NCBI GenBank assembly: GCA_047630275.1
Contig: JBLHVN010000002.1
Location: 135,108-199,107 of the forward strand
Source: Sulfitobacter sp.
GTDB taxonomy: Bacteria > Bdellovibrionota > Bacteriovoracia > Bacteriovoracales > Bacteriovoracaceae
Direction: 5' to 3'
DNA length: 64,000 bases
Position numbers and translations under genes: made by a program. The notes beneath the pieces are model-generated. The model made no database searches. It was not told the DNA's origin and was given only the letters and a program-made list of their open reading frames with translations. Within the stretch, counting starts at the first letter, position 1, and every line of letters begins with the position of its first letter. Positions 29,267 to 38,230 of this stretch are shown in pieces.

Positions 29267-30370
29267 ATGAAGAAGACTTTATTTGCACTACTTGCCCTAG
29301 GTTTCGCTGGAACTGCATCTGCTGATGCAATCAACAGCTTTACTTGGGACACGTATTCATCTGACGACAAAATGTATGTATGTAATGTAGGTATCCGCCA
29401 TGAGCGTGGTACAGAAGGTCATGTTGACGAAAACGCTGGTGGAGCCAACTCAGGTGCCACAAGAACTTCTCACGATTACCTAACTGTAACTTACTCGACT
29501 CTTAACAATGACCAACAACGTGGACCAGAAGTAACGAGAGTTATCGAAGCTGGTGTTTCAAGTACTGCTTACACACAACTTGTAAGAGATGCTGATGCTC
29601 ATAAAATCGTTGTAACTTCACTTCAAGTTAATCTTGCTTCAGAAAACTACGGAGCTAAGTATTATGTAGATGTTTGTTACAGAGGAAATCAAATCGATTT
29701 CGCTGGTAACAATATCAGAACTGCTTTCAAACTTAAGCACAATCAACTTACTTATTCAGATCATGCTAACGCTGGTAACTTAAACTATTTCTCTGAAGCT
29801 CAACTTGCAGTTTCTTCGAAAACAGTTTGTGATACTCAAGCAGTTGGACGTAACCTAGGTTACGACAATGGTCTTAATTTTAACCAAGCAGATATGAATA
29901 TCGCTACTGCTGCTGGAGATATCAGATTTACAGCAGGAGAAAGAAGACTTACTTCTGGAACTCAAGCAATTCAATTTGTTTCTCCTTACCGTCCTGTTAC
30001 TTTAAACAGAAGTTCAACTGACGCTCCAAGATACTGTAAGACTCGTTACGAAGTTGCAGAGAAAAGAGTAAAAGTTGCTGCTACTCCTTCAAGAGCTGGT
30101 TACTGTCATGTAATGGCTTATAGCCGTAGATACGGTAGATACATAACTCAAAGTGTTCCAGGAAACTTCTCTTCAGCAGCACAATGTTATAATTATGCTC
30201 GTACAAATACTATGCGTTATGGTTATCCTTACTACTTCATTAACCATAGAGTAAGAGCCTTTCGTCCTACTATTCAAGGAACTGCTGCAGTTCTTCAGGA
30301 AAGAAACTGGACTCGTATGGGTGGTCGTTTTACTGCTCTAACTGAGATTGAAAATCACGGTTCAAACTAA
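29267..30370 (+). CDS. Secreted protein P1 of the orphan operon (paralog of P3)
   Basis: AGGAGA RBS. Signal peptide MKKTLFALLALGFAGTASA. It shares CNVGIRH, TSHDY(L/V)T.TYS, YYVD(V/F)C and (Y/F)C(K/R).R(Y/F).V.E blocks with the 32104..32862 product. Confidence 0.7.
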   Translation: MKKTLFALLALGFAGTASADAINSFTWDTYSSDDKMYVCNVGIRHERGTEGHVDENAGGANSGATRTSHDYLTVTYSTLNNDQQRGPEVTRVIEAGVSSTAYTQLVRDADAHKIVVTSLQVNLASENYGAKYYVDVCYRGNQIDFAGNNIRTAFKLKHNQLTYSDHANAGNLNYFSEAQLAVSSKTVCDTQAVGRNLGYDNGLNFNQADMNIATAAGDIRFTAGERRLTSGTQAIQFVSPYRPVTLNRSSTDAPRYCKTRYEVAEKRVKVAATPSRAGYCHVMAYSRRYGRYITQSVPGNFSSAAQCYNYARTNTMRYGYPYYFINHRVRAFRPTIQGTAAVLQERNWTRMGGRFTALTEIENHGSN

Positions 30371-30391
30371 GACAAAGTTTTAAAATAATTT

Positions 30392-30420
30392 GGGTGGGGC
30401 TTTTGCCCCATCCGCTTTTT
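30392..30420 (+). terminator. Intrinsic terminator/attenuator after P1
   Basis: 9-bp stem ggtggggc(t)/gccccatcc with one G-U pair and a tttt loop, followed by gcTTTTTT. Confidence 0.6.
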
Positions 30421-30437
30421 TATAAATGGGATAGAGA

Positions 30438-32111
30438 ATGAAAGATTTTATCATTATTAGTTTATTAATCTTTACAGGTTTTACTGGGATTTCAGAGGCC
30501 TGTGACTTTAATGGCGATTCAGTAAAAGCTTTTTCTACTTCATTTATAAAAGAGACAGGCAGTTTTTATAACCTCAAGACATCAAGAGAAGATCAGGCAA
30601 AGTTTGTTCTCGGTGGCTGCTCTAGATCAAAAAAGAAGTATTTTCAAATCTCTTTTGGCGTAAGCCACGACTATATTGATAACAGCACTTCTATTTCCGC
30701 CCTCTATGATAACTTCGTTCCTAGTGCCTGTTCTTTAAGACCGATGCCTTTTAAGTCTCAAATGAGTAGAAAAGAAGAGAAAAATGCCTTCTTAGAGAAG
30801 CTAAGTTTCTTAAAGAAGTGCTTTGATATTTATGTAACTTCACTAGCAGGACAGCCTCTTATCTTTCCAGAAAATCAAAAAGGCTGTAAGCCTGAACTAA
30901 TTAAGCCTTCAAAAGTTAAACTAAATGGAAACCTTTGCTTCTTTGATATTATCCAGGGCGATGGTTTTCTTGTTGAACTTAAATACAAGGACTCATGCAA
31001 AAAAAGAGAGTTCTTTGTAGAAAATAAAATTTCAACTCAAGACTTTGTCTCACACCTCGGGTTCAACGTAGTTAATACAGCCGATGGAACAGGTGAAGGA
31101 ATTATAACTGTAGGTTCTTCAATCATTAGAATGTCCATTGATCCTGAAGCAAGAAATATGAGAGTCTCAGATGATTTTGGAAGAGCTACTCCTCTTTTTC
31201 CAGCGGTTTGGTCTGTCCCAGACGTTCATTTTGGAAAGCCAACTTTAGAGGCCAATGGAAAACAAAGAATTCTTAACCTGCCTTTTGTTGCAGATAACCG
31301 TTGTAAAAAAACTTGTATTGATGGTATTTGTTCAAGCCCATGCCACTACGCCTCTCCCGTTGCTGCTGAAGTTGAGCTCTTCGAGCTTTCTAGCAGTGGA
31401 GATATCTTTGAAGAGGATGACTTCTTTGGAGATGACGACGGATTCAAAAGCCTACTAAAAGGACTTAAAAAGAAGCCTGCTTTTATAAAGTCGTTTTATA
31501 ATGGCGGTATTGTTCAGGCCAATTGGCAAGGGCAAATAAGTGGCAATCGTATCCAACTTGGAGAAGAGATTAAAGCTGGGAGAAGATACCGAGTAAAAGC
31601 CTCTTTTAGAGATCCAAAACTTGATTATCATTTTCTAATGAAAAACTATAAATCTCTTCTAGGAAGTATTCCTTCACTAAGAGATGCACAAGGTGGAGTT
31701 ATCCAAGGTATCTCAGGCGCGAGCGAAGATGTTCTTTCAAGTATCAGCTCGATGATTAGTAATTTAGGAACAGTTCAAGATGATGGCTCAGGAATAAGTC
31801 CTTTGAGAAGAGCTATCTTAAAGTTTCAAAGTCTTTTCAGTTATCATGCATGGCCTGTTTATGTTGATAAGGTATGTGACTCAAGTTTATTAGCCTGTAA
31901 AAAACCGACTAAGAAAGATAACCTTGTTCTTACTATGGACTTTACGGCCGGAAGCGAGAGAGAGTTTGGAGAAATAGCCCTAAAGAATATTAAAATCACA
32001 AGAACATCACCAGTATTGAAAAACTACTCGAAGAGTTTCGCACTTGAAGAGCTTCCTATTATAGCCTGTTTTGACGAAGAAAATATTCAAGAAGGAGAAT
32101 CAAATGAGTAA
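30438..32111 (+). CDS. Secreted protein P2 (557 aa), no recognisable family
   Basis: Signal peptide MKDFIIISLLIFTGFTGISEA. Multiple Cys residues and an acidic FEEDDFFGDDDGF patch. Confidence 0.65.
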   Translation: MKDFIIISLLIFTGFTGISEACDFNGDSVKAFSTSFIKETGSFYNLKTSREDQAKFVLGGCSRSKKKYFQISFGVSHDYIDNSTSISALYDNFVPSACSLRPMPFKSQMSRKEEKNAFLEKLSFLKKCFDIYVTSLAGQPLIFPENQKGCKPELIKPSKVKLNGNLCFFDIIQGDGFLVELKYKDSCKKREFFVENKISTQDFVSHLGFNVVNTADGTGEGIITVGSSIIRMSIDPEARNMRVSDDFGRATPLFPAVWSVPDVHFGKPTLEANGKQRILNLPFVADNRCKKTCIDGICSSPCHYASPVAAEVELFELSSSGDIFEEDDFFGDDDGFKSLLKGLKKKPAFIKSFYNGGIVQANWQGQISGNRIQLGEEIKAGRRYRVKASFRDPKLDYHFLMKNYKSLLGSIPSLRDAQGGVIQGISGASEDVLSSISSMISNLGTVQDDGSGISPLRRAILKFQSLFSYHAWPVYVDKVCDSSLLACKKPTKKDNLVLTMDFTAGSEREFGEIALKNIKITRTSPVLKNYSKSFALEELPIIACFDEENIQEGESNE

Positions 32112-32862
32112 GCTTCTTGCTCTATTCCTATTGATTTTTAGCTTTAGCGTCTTTGCAGGAAACGAGAAGGTAGACGTTTGTCATATACCTCCTGGAAATC
32201 CTGATAATGCTCACACCATTAACGTCAGTGAAAATGCTGTTTCAGCTCACTTGGCTCATGGTGATTATTTAGGTGCCTGCGCCCCAACAAGTAGTGCAGC
32301 AAAATTTTATCCATGTAACGTCGGTATCCGTCATAGAAATACTTTTAATGGTACGGCCACTTCCCATGATTATGTAACTTACACTTATAGTAATATTGAT
32401 GGAACTGGGGCATCTGATCTTGTTCTTGAAGCAAAAAGAAATAGCTATGATTTTGCTTTTAGTCAGATCACGGCCTTTAGTAAAAAGCTTGAAGAAGTAA
32501 AGATCAACTTATCTTCAGAAAGAATGGGAACCGATTATTATGTCGATTTTTGTTTTGATGGAAGAGCAAATAATGGTTCAAAAGGGCTTAGGATAGAAGA
32601 CGTTACTCATATCTCTAGTAATCCTTTTCCCATTACAGTCTCAAGAGAATTATATTGCGATATTCATAATCGAGAGAATGGGCGCCCAGACTTATCAAGA
32701 ATCTCTCTTTCTGGCGGCTTCCCTATTAGCTTTAATAAAGTTCCAGAATTTTGCAGACTACGTTTTCATGTTATCGAAACAAATATCGGAGAGGCCAGGA
32801 ACTGGTCTCGAAGTTTTAATAGAATAAGTACATTTATCGAATCTGAGATTTTTTCTCAATAA
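32104..32862 (+). CDS. Secreted protein P3 (paralog of P1) with an N-terminal CHxPPGNP motif
   Basis: AAGGAG RBS. The ATG at 32104 overlaps the P2 stop by 8 nt. Signal peptide MSKLLALFLLIFSFSVFA, then VDVCHIPPGNPDNAHTINVSENAVSAHLAHGDYLGAC. Confidence 0.7.
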   Translation: MSKLLALFLLIFSFSVFAGNEKVDVCHIPPGNPDNAHTINVSENAVSAHLAHGDYLGACAPTSSAAKFYPCNVGIRHRNTFNGTATSHDYVTYTYSNIDGTGASDLVLEAKRNSYDFAFSQITAFSKKLEEVKINLSSERMGTDYYVDFCFDGRANNGSKGLRIEDVTHISSNPFPITVSRELYCDIHNRENGRPDLSRISLSGGFPISFNKVPEFCRLRFHVIETNIGEARNWSRSFNRISTFIESEIFSQ

Positions 32863-32886
32863 ACACGCGGCTAAGGAGTCGAAATT

Positions 32887-33468
32887 ATGAAAAACCTATT
32901 TATATTATTAAGCGTTCTACTGATGATTTCAGCAAATGCTTATGCAGACGGAACTGGAGACAATGACAATGGTGGCGGAGACGTTATCGACGACATGTTT
33001 GGTGGCGGAACTGATGAATTTGAATTCGAAAGATTTTCAGATGATCGTATTCTAGTAGCAATTGACGAAGATGCTGCTGTTAACTGTGATAAGCAAGGTC
33101 TTTGTACTCTTTCTGCTATTACAACTAACTCTAGAACTTTTTCTGTAAATTTCAATATCGGTCAAGGCAACAATGCTTCTGGTGGATTTGGTGGTTACGG
33201 TGAAGGTAACGGCGGAACTACAATTAATATCGGCGACGACAATCAGGATGAAAACCGTGAGCATTGGGGAGTAAACGTTCAATACAAGATTGGTAGTTGT
33301 ACTCAAAAAGTTAAGGTTCCAAGAGCTCTTTTTTACTCAATGAACAGATACCTCTACGGTCTAATGACTGAAGAAGGGTCAGTAAGACGTGGTTTTACAC
33401 CTGCTGACGAAGCAATGATCCTTTTTTACACGACTATCTTAAATAAAGCTTCAGGATGTGGTAACTAG
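32887..33468 (+). CDS. Secreted Gly/Asp-rich protein P4
   Basis: AAGGAG RBS. Signal peptide MKNLFILLSVLLMISANAYA, with GTGDNDNGGGD and GGFGGYGEGNGG tracts. Confidence 0.65.
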   Translation: MKNLFILLSVLLMISANAYADGTGDNDNGGGDVIDDMFGGGTDEFEFERFSDDRILVAIDEDAAVNCDKQGLCTLSAITTNSRTFSVNFNIGQGNNASGGFGGYGEGNGGTTINIGDDNQDENREHWGVNVQYKIGSCTQKVKVPRALFYSMNRYLYGLMTEEGSVRRGFTPADEAMILFYTTILNKASGCGN

Positions 33469-33495
33469 TAACTTCTTGAAATTAAAAAGGTTTAA

Positions 33496-36267
33496 ATGAA
33501 GCAAATTCAATTTTTCATAATTATTATATTGGGCCTGTTACTCTCCGGAGTAGCAGGTTCTTCTGAAACCCAATGGAAGAAAGGTGAACACTTTTCTAAG
33601 GTTGTCGGTTTAAATAATATGAGATTCACCAATAGAGCTCGTTGTGCTCTTGACTCCAAAAAGCCCACTCAGTCGGCTTTTGTCATGGTGACTAATATTG
33701 ATGCTGCTAGATCACTTTATCGCTTAGCTAAAGCTACAAACCAAGATTCAAGTACAGTTGTTAAAAAAGGAATCCGCAGATTTAGATATTCTGTTGTTCA
33801 GCTTTTAGAGCTTATCCATAGAAGACTAATGAACAGAGAACTTCCACTTCTCTCTTCAAATTCAACTGAGAATCATGTTCCAAGAAAGTATAAGAAGCTC
33901 ATGGAATCATGCCGCTCAGATGAGTATTGTGATGAACTAGACCAATACATCCAAAAGATTTGGAAGATTAGCTCTAATGATTCTCTAAACAATATTGAAA
34001 AAGTTCTTAAGTACTATGATGTTGATAATTACCATTCAAAAGAATCTTTCTTAGACCCTAAGGATTTTGAAGATAAGAAAGTAAACACTAAGCTATCTTG
34101 TCACTACTTAAAGAAGTTCAGCCCACTTCAAGCCCACCTCTACGGAACAAAGCCTAACAAAAAAGCTATGACTCAGATTGCAGAAGCTGCTTATAAGTCT
34201 GATGAGATGCTAGCGCGCTGTGATGATTTTGATTCTCAAGAAAACTTAAAGGTTGCTGGATATCAAATTGAATTCACAGGACTTAAAGATAAGAAATGGA
34301 ATGAGCAAGGATTCGATTATTGGAATTCACTTAAATTATATTTTTCATGGGCCTGGAGAAACGCCCCCGAAATGGAACAGATAGCTTTTCCATTTGGTGA
34401 AGTATTCCCCGCTATCGCCATTGAAGAAGCTGTCATGCTTGTTCCAAATGGTTGTAAGTCAATTACCGTGCCAGAATGTGACGGCGATTATCTTGCTTTA
34501 AATGCTATGCGCGAGTTTGCCAAAAAAGACATGCGTAAGAAGAAGATAACTCTCGATGTTTTATCTGAACTCCCTGAAGGGCCACAGCAAGACCTTCTCG
34601 ATGACACTTTTACTGATGTTAATAACGATATCTTAGACCTAGTGAAGCAACCTGATGCTTCAGCATGGATCAACAATTTTCAAACAAACCTCTCTGGAAC
34701 AAGAAGCTTAATGAAGAATAAGCTTATAAAGGCCGTAACTTTCTTAGATATTGCAAAGGCTAACTTAAATAAGAAAAAATTAATTAAGAAATTGAATCAA
34801 CAATTTTCTATTTTCAAAACTGCTGAAGGCCGTAGTTCAGTAGAGAACACTGATCTTAAGAATGAATTGTTCTACCTTTGCGCAGAATTTAATTTCTCAC
34901 ATCATAAAGATTTCAGTTTTTTAAGAGGAAACTTAGATATCTTATCTAAGACAACCCTAATAGATGGAATCACCAAAGGTCTTTCCAAGAATTCAACTAA
35001 AGCTTATTTTGAATATTATACAGAAATAGCCGAAGCGATAACTACACAATGTTCAAGCTTAGAGCAACGTGAAATTTGGAATGATGAATTTGAACTAGAA
35101 AAACAAGGCTACTCTTCTTGGTATATTGAAAAGATTTACGAAGATAAGTATAAATCGACATTAGAAATTAAAGCTAAAGAATACCTAGCAATAGCTAAAC
35201 CAGAATTGGCCTACGGACAGTATAGTGAGTCAAAAGATTTTAACGACGTTCTTTGCGCCAGCCCTGCTCACTGCGCTCGTAAAGTGTTGGGATCAATTGT
35301 AGATCTCTTTTCAACTAGTCAGTACGCAAATACTTTCTACTCACTTGATCAGGCCTTAAAATCTCCTGCTCTTTTTAATCCTTACGCAGAAAGAACATCA
35401 TGTAAGATCTATGACCCTTGGTACAAATCACGGGCCATCATCTTCAACCTATTTGCAGATCTTGGGCAAGCAGCCTTAAGTCTTACAACTCCTGGTGCTA
35501 TTTATTCTTCATTTAACTTAAAGCCTGGAAGAGTAGTCTCTTTTAGACAGCTAGTAGAAGAAGGAAAGATTGAATACGATACTCGTATGGATAGCGGAGG
35601 AGTTCAAGCAAGCTTAGTCGCTGACTTTGGACCACTTTTAGGTGTTCCTTGTGCCATTAGTTATATGCCTACCTCTAATCCTTATAATACTTATCGATTC
35701 GCGGGAATCTCAGCTGCCGCTTGTACTTCAAGCTCAGATAATGACTTAGTTGTGAGAAATGCTTCAGACTATGATGATAATCAAACAACAAACCGCTCTG
35801 GATGTGCAAGTTGCGCTCTTAACTTTGAATCTGTAGCTACTTCAGCAACGAGGTTAGCCCCTACAGTAGGAACAACCTTCTTCTTAGTAAAAGCTATCAT
35901 TCGATTATATAAAGGCTTAAAAGATCCCTTTAATATTCCAAGGTCATGGGAAGCCAATCCTAATTATGTTTTAGATTCATACAAAAAATTTGGTGAGATC
36001 CCTAAGAAGTGCGTAAGAAGCCTAAGAAAAGGCAAGATGTGTTTACGTAATGACTGCGAAGAAAATGTACTTAAAGCGCTATATGACAAGGCCGATGTTT
36101 CTGTGAAAAGTTTTAGACAAGATAACGGAAATGCTTATCTAAAAGTTCATAACTGTGAAGAAGAGATCGTCGTTGATGTAACGAATTCACCTTTTGGTGA
36201 TTCTTGTAGAGTTAAAAAGATAGTCATCCCTGAGAGCTGCAAGCACTTAATTAAAGGTAAAAAATGA
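33496..36267 (+). CDS. Large secreted protein P5 (923 aa), no recognisable family
   Basis: Has a signal peptide. It is a long uninterrupted ORF with many paired Cys residues. Confidence 0.7.
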   Translation: MKQIQFFIIIILGLLLSGVAGSSETQWKKGEHFSKVVGLNNMRFTNRARCALDSKKPTQSAFVMVTNIDAARSLYRLAKATNQDSSTVVKKGIRRFRYSVVQLLELIHRRLMNRELPLLSSNSTENHVPRKYKKLMESCRSDEYCDELDQYIQKIWKISSNDSLNNIEKVLKYYDVDNYHSKESFLDPKDFEDKKVNTKLSCHYLKKFSPLQAHLYGTKPNKKAMTQIAEAAYKSDEMLARCDDFDSQENLKVAGYQIEFTGLKDKKWNEQGFDYWNSLKLYFSWAWRNAPEMEQIAFPFGEVFPAIAIEEAVMLVPNGCKSITVPECDGDYLALNAMREFAKKDMRKKKITLDVLSELPEGPQQDLLDDTFTDVNNDILDLVKQPDASAWINNFQTNLSGTRSLMKNKLIKAVTFLDIAKANLNKKKLIKKLNQQFSIFKTAEGRSSVENTDLKNELFYLCAEFNFSHHKDFSFLRGNLDILSKTTLIDGITKGLSKNSTKAYFEYYTEIAEAITTQCSSLEQREIWNDEFELEKQGYSSWYIEKIYEDKYKSTLEIKAKEYLAIAKPELAYGQYSESKDFNDVLCASPAHCARKVLGSIVDLFSTSQYANTFYSLDQALKSPALFNPYAERTSCKIYDPWYKSRAIIFNLFADLGQAALSLTTPGAIYSSFNLKPGRVVSFRQLVEEGKIEYDTRMDSGGVQASLVADFGPLLGVPCAISYMPTSNPYNTYRFAGISAAACTSSSDNDLVVRNASDYDDNQTTNRSGCASCALNFESVATSATRLAPTVGTTFFLVKAIIRLYKGLKDPFNIPRSWEANPNYVLDSYKKFGEIPKKCVRSLRKGKMCLRNDCEENVLKALYDKADVSVKSFRQDNGNAYLKVHNCEEEIVVDVTNSPFGDSCRVKKIVIPESCKHLIKGKK

Positions 36268-36824
36268 TAAAGTTAACAATAGGTCTATTCTTATTGATCT
36301 CAGCCAATTCAGCCTTCGCTATTTCATATGAGTCTATATGGACAGAGGACTATAAAAAAAATGTTATCATGACTTGCTCTGAAGATGAATTTCAATGCGA
36401 GGACCTCTGCGGAAAGTCCTCTTGTGTAATTAAAGAAAAAGTTTGCCGAAATTGTATCGGATCAAATATCCGTATTACACATATTTTTAGAGACATGGGC
36501 AGATCATTTACTAATACAGGTAATGAAGTTTCCTACTACGAGGTTCTTGAAATTTTAGGAAGCGGACACTTTGCTACGTTCACGTCAAAATCAATTTACA
36601 ATATTGTCGAAAGGTATGACTCCGCAAAGTTAAGGAAAAAGTTTCAGTCCCTTTGTCCTAACGAGATCAACTATCCAATAGTCATTTTTTCTACGAAAAA
36701 AGTCTCTCGGATCTTAGATGAAGTGAAGTTTGTTCTTTGTGGAGAAAAAGTTTTTGAAATGAGCAGTGATGCCATCATTGATTCGAATGATAAAGCCTCT
36801 TTTGAGTCTAATAAATTATATTAA
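36264..36824 (+). CDS. Secreted Cys-rich protein P6
   Basis: ATGA overlap with the P5 stop. Signal peptide MIKLTIGLFLLISANSAFA, with CSEDEFQCEDLCGKSSCVIKEKVCRNC. Confidence 0.65.
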   Translation: MIKLTIGLFLLISANSAFAISYESIWTEDYKKNVIMTCSEDEFQCEDLCGKSSCVIKEKVCRNCIGSNIRITHIFRDMGRSFTNTGNEVSYYEVLEILGSGHFATFTSKSIYNIVERYDSAKLRKKFQSLCPNEINYPIVIFSTKKVSRILDEVKFVLCGEKVFEMSSDAIIDSNDKASFESNKLY

Positions 36825-36836
36825 TTGGAGAATTAT

Positions 36837-37424
36837 ATGAAAATAACTATGATCACAGCCCTTGCCTTATTATTTGTAACTAGTGCTTTTGCAGCAACTG
36901 GCCAGCTTGAAAAACAGCTTTCTGAAACAGTTACCGAAACTTATGTTCTTAAAAATGGAATCTATGAAAGAATAGCTCTAAAAAGAATAGGGAAAGAAAA
37001 ACTTATTTTCATTATTAACGGAGAGGAGCTTCCTGAAGTTCTTATCGAGTTTACAGGTAATGAAGAATTAATGGAAGAGAAGTATTTGATTCCACTAGAA
37101 GGCCAAGTTGAATTTAAACTTCACCAAGATGGCACAGATGATTTTCCTGATTATGATGAAAAATATTCATTTCCTGCAAAAATAAAGCTTAATGGTAACA
37201 AAATCCAAAGCCTACTCACTAGCGAAAGTGCTTTAACAGGTCACTTTAAGCCTCTCTTTGAAGAAATGATTAAGTTTGAGTTAGGTTCTGGGGAAATTTT
37301 GCCGGAAGATGTAGTGATCGAAATGATTAAAGTTAAGGCATCCCCTCTTAAGTGCCTTCCAAAAAACGAAAAGCTTTACTGCCAATATAAATTGAAAGTT
37401 CATGCTAAAGCATTTGCAGAATAA
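36837..37424 (+). CDS. Secreted protein P7
   Basis: GGAG RBS before the ATG at 36837. Signal peptide MKITMITALALLFVTSAFA. Confidence 0.6.
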   Translation: MKITMITALALLFVTSAFAATGQLEKQLSETVTETYVLKNGIYERIALKRIGKEKLIFIINGEELPEVLIEFTGNEELMEEKYLIPLEGQVEFKLHQDGTDDFPDYDEKYSFPAKIKLNGNKIQSLLTSESALTGHFKPLFEEMIKFELGSGEILPEDVVIEMIKVKASPLKCLPKNEKLYCQYKLKVHAKAFAE

Positions 37425-37456
37425 TAAACGACAAAACGACATTTGTTATAAGAAAG

Positions 37457-37487
37457 AGGCCTTGTTGAATAACAAGGCCTTTTTTTT
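37457..37487 (+). terminator. Intrinsic terminator of the P1-P7 operon
   Basis: Perfect 10-bp stem aggccttgtt/aacaaggcct with a gaat loop, followed by T7. Confidence 0.85.
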
Positions 37488-37496
37488 AATCTTAAA

Positions 37497-37513
37497 GGTA
37501 CCTGGTCACTTGC
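37497..37513 (-). repeat. REP-like element copy (GCAAGTGACCAGGTACC on the minus strand)
   Basis: ggtacctggtcacttgc, 3 nt from the RAYT stop codon. Confidence 0.75.
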
Positions 37514-37515
37514 AT

Positions 37516-38103
37516 TTATGAAAAGTCACAAAACTCTGAGCGCCTAAGGCCATTAACAAGTAACTTTCTCTCAATATCAGGAACGGTTTCGTTCAACCAT
37601 TTTAATCCCCATTCATCTTTAAACCCATAATGATCACAGATTGGAATGGAGAACTCTTCACATTGAGTTATATTTTTCAAGGTACTATAAGGATACTCTT
37701 CGCATTTTTGTACAATTCCTGCTCTAACAGGGTTTTGATAAACATAGCGGTAACAGTTGATAAAATAGTTGTTCACTGAAATTAAGCACCACTTATACCG
37801 TCCACCGAATATTTGATTGATGATCTTGCCGCGTTTTTGAATCTTGAGGGTTAACCTTCTATTGAACTCGCGCATGAATAGGTCGAGGTTAGAGTCCGGC
37901 GTTTTGATAATCATATGGTAGTGATTTCCCATTAAGACGTAGCTCACTAGGTTTATGGGAATCATCTTATGCGCTTCTTTAAAAGAATCTAATGATAGCT
38001 CCCAAACTTCATCTAAAGGTATTTGAAACCAATCTTGATTATGGCAGCGGCTCGTTACATGGTAGGGAAATTCAGAGGTTCTTACTAAGTTTTTTCTAGG
38101 CAT
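37516..38103 (-). CDS. REP-associated tyrosine transposase (IS200-like Y1/HUH transposase)
   Basis: HUH motif in VLMGNHYHMIIKTP. The catalytic-Tyr helix YRYVYQNPVRAGIV..EYPYST closely parallels the RAYT/TnpA-REP YI..NPVRAG.V..EY.WSS. Confidence 0.85.
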   Translation of the reverse strand: MPRKNLVRTSEFPYHVTSRCHNQDWFQIPLDEVWELSLDSFKEAHKMIPINLVSYVLMGNHYHMIIKTPDSNLDLFMREFNRRLTLKIQKRGKIINQIFGGRYKWCLISVNNYFINCYRYVYQNPVRAGIVQKCEEYPYSTLKNITQCEEFSIPICDHYGFKDEWGLKWLNETVPDIERKLLVNGLRRSEFCDFS

Positions 38104-38194
38104 TATTTCTCCAGTTAGAATTCAAGTCACTATTTAAATTTCTTATAAGATCATCAAAATAATTAACGGATACACCTCTCTATTTTTCTTTTTT

Positions 38195-38211
38195 ACAAGT
38201 AACCAGGTACC
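38195..38211 (+). repeat. REP-like element copy
   Basis: acaagtaaccaggtacc, inverted relative to the 37497 copy. Confidence 0.75.
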
Positions 38212-38230
38212 TTTTGGGTTAGAATTTGGT

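Larger units (their letters stand above)
37494..38214 (-). mobile_element. RAYT unit: a Y1 transposase gene bracketed by inverted REP-like repeats
   Basis: The left end is aaaggtacctggtcacttgc (37494-37513). The reverse complement of the right end is aaaggtacctggttacttgt (38195-38214). They match at 18 of 20 positions. Confidence 0.7.
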
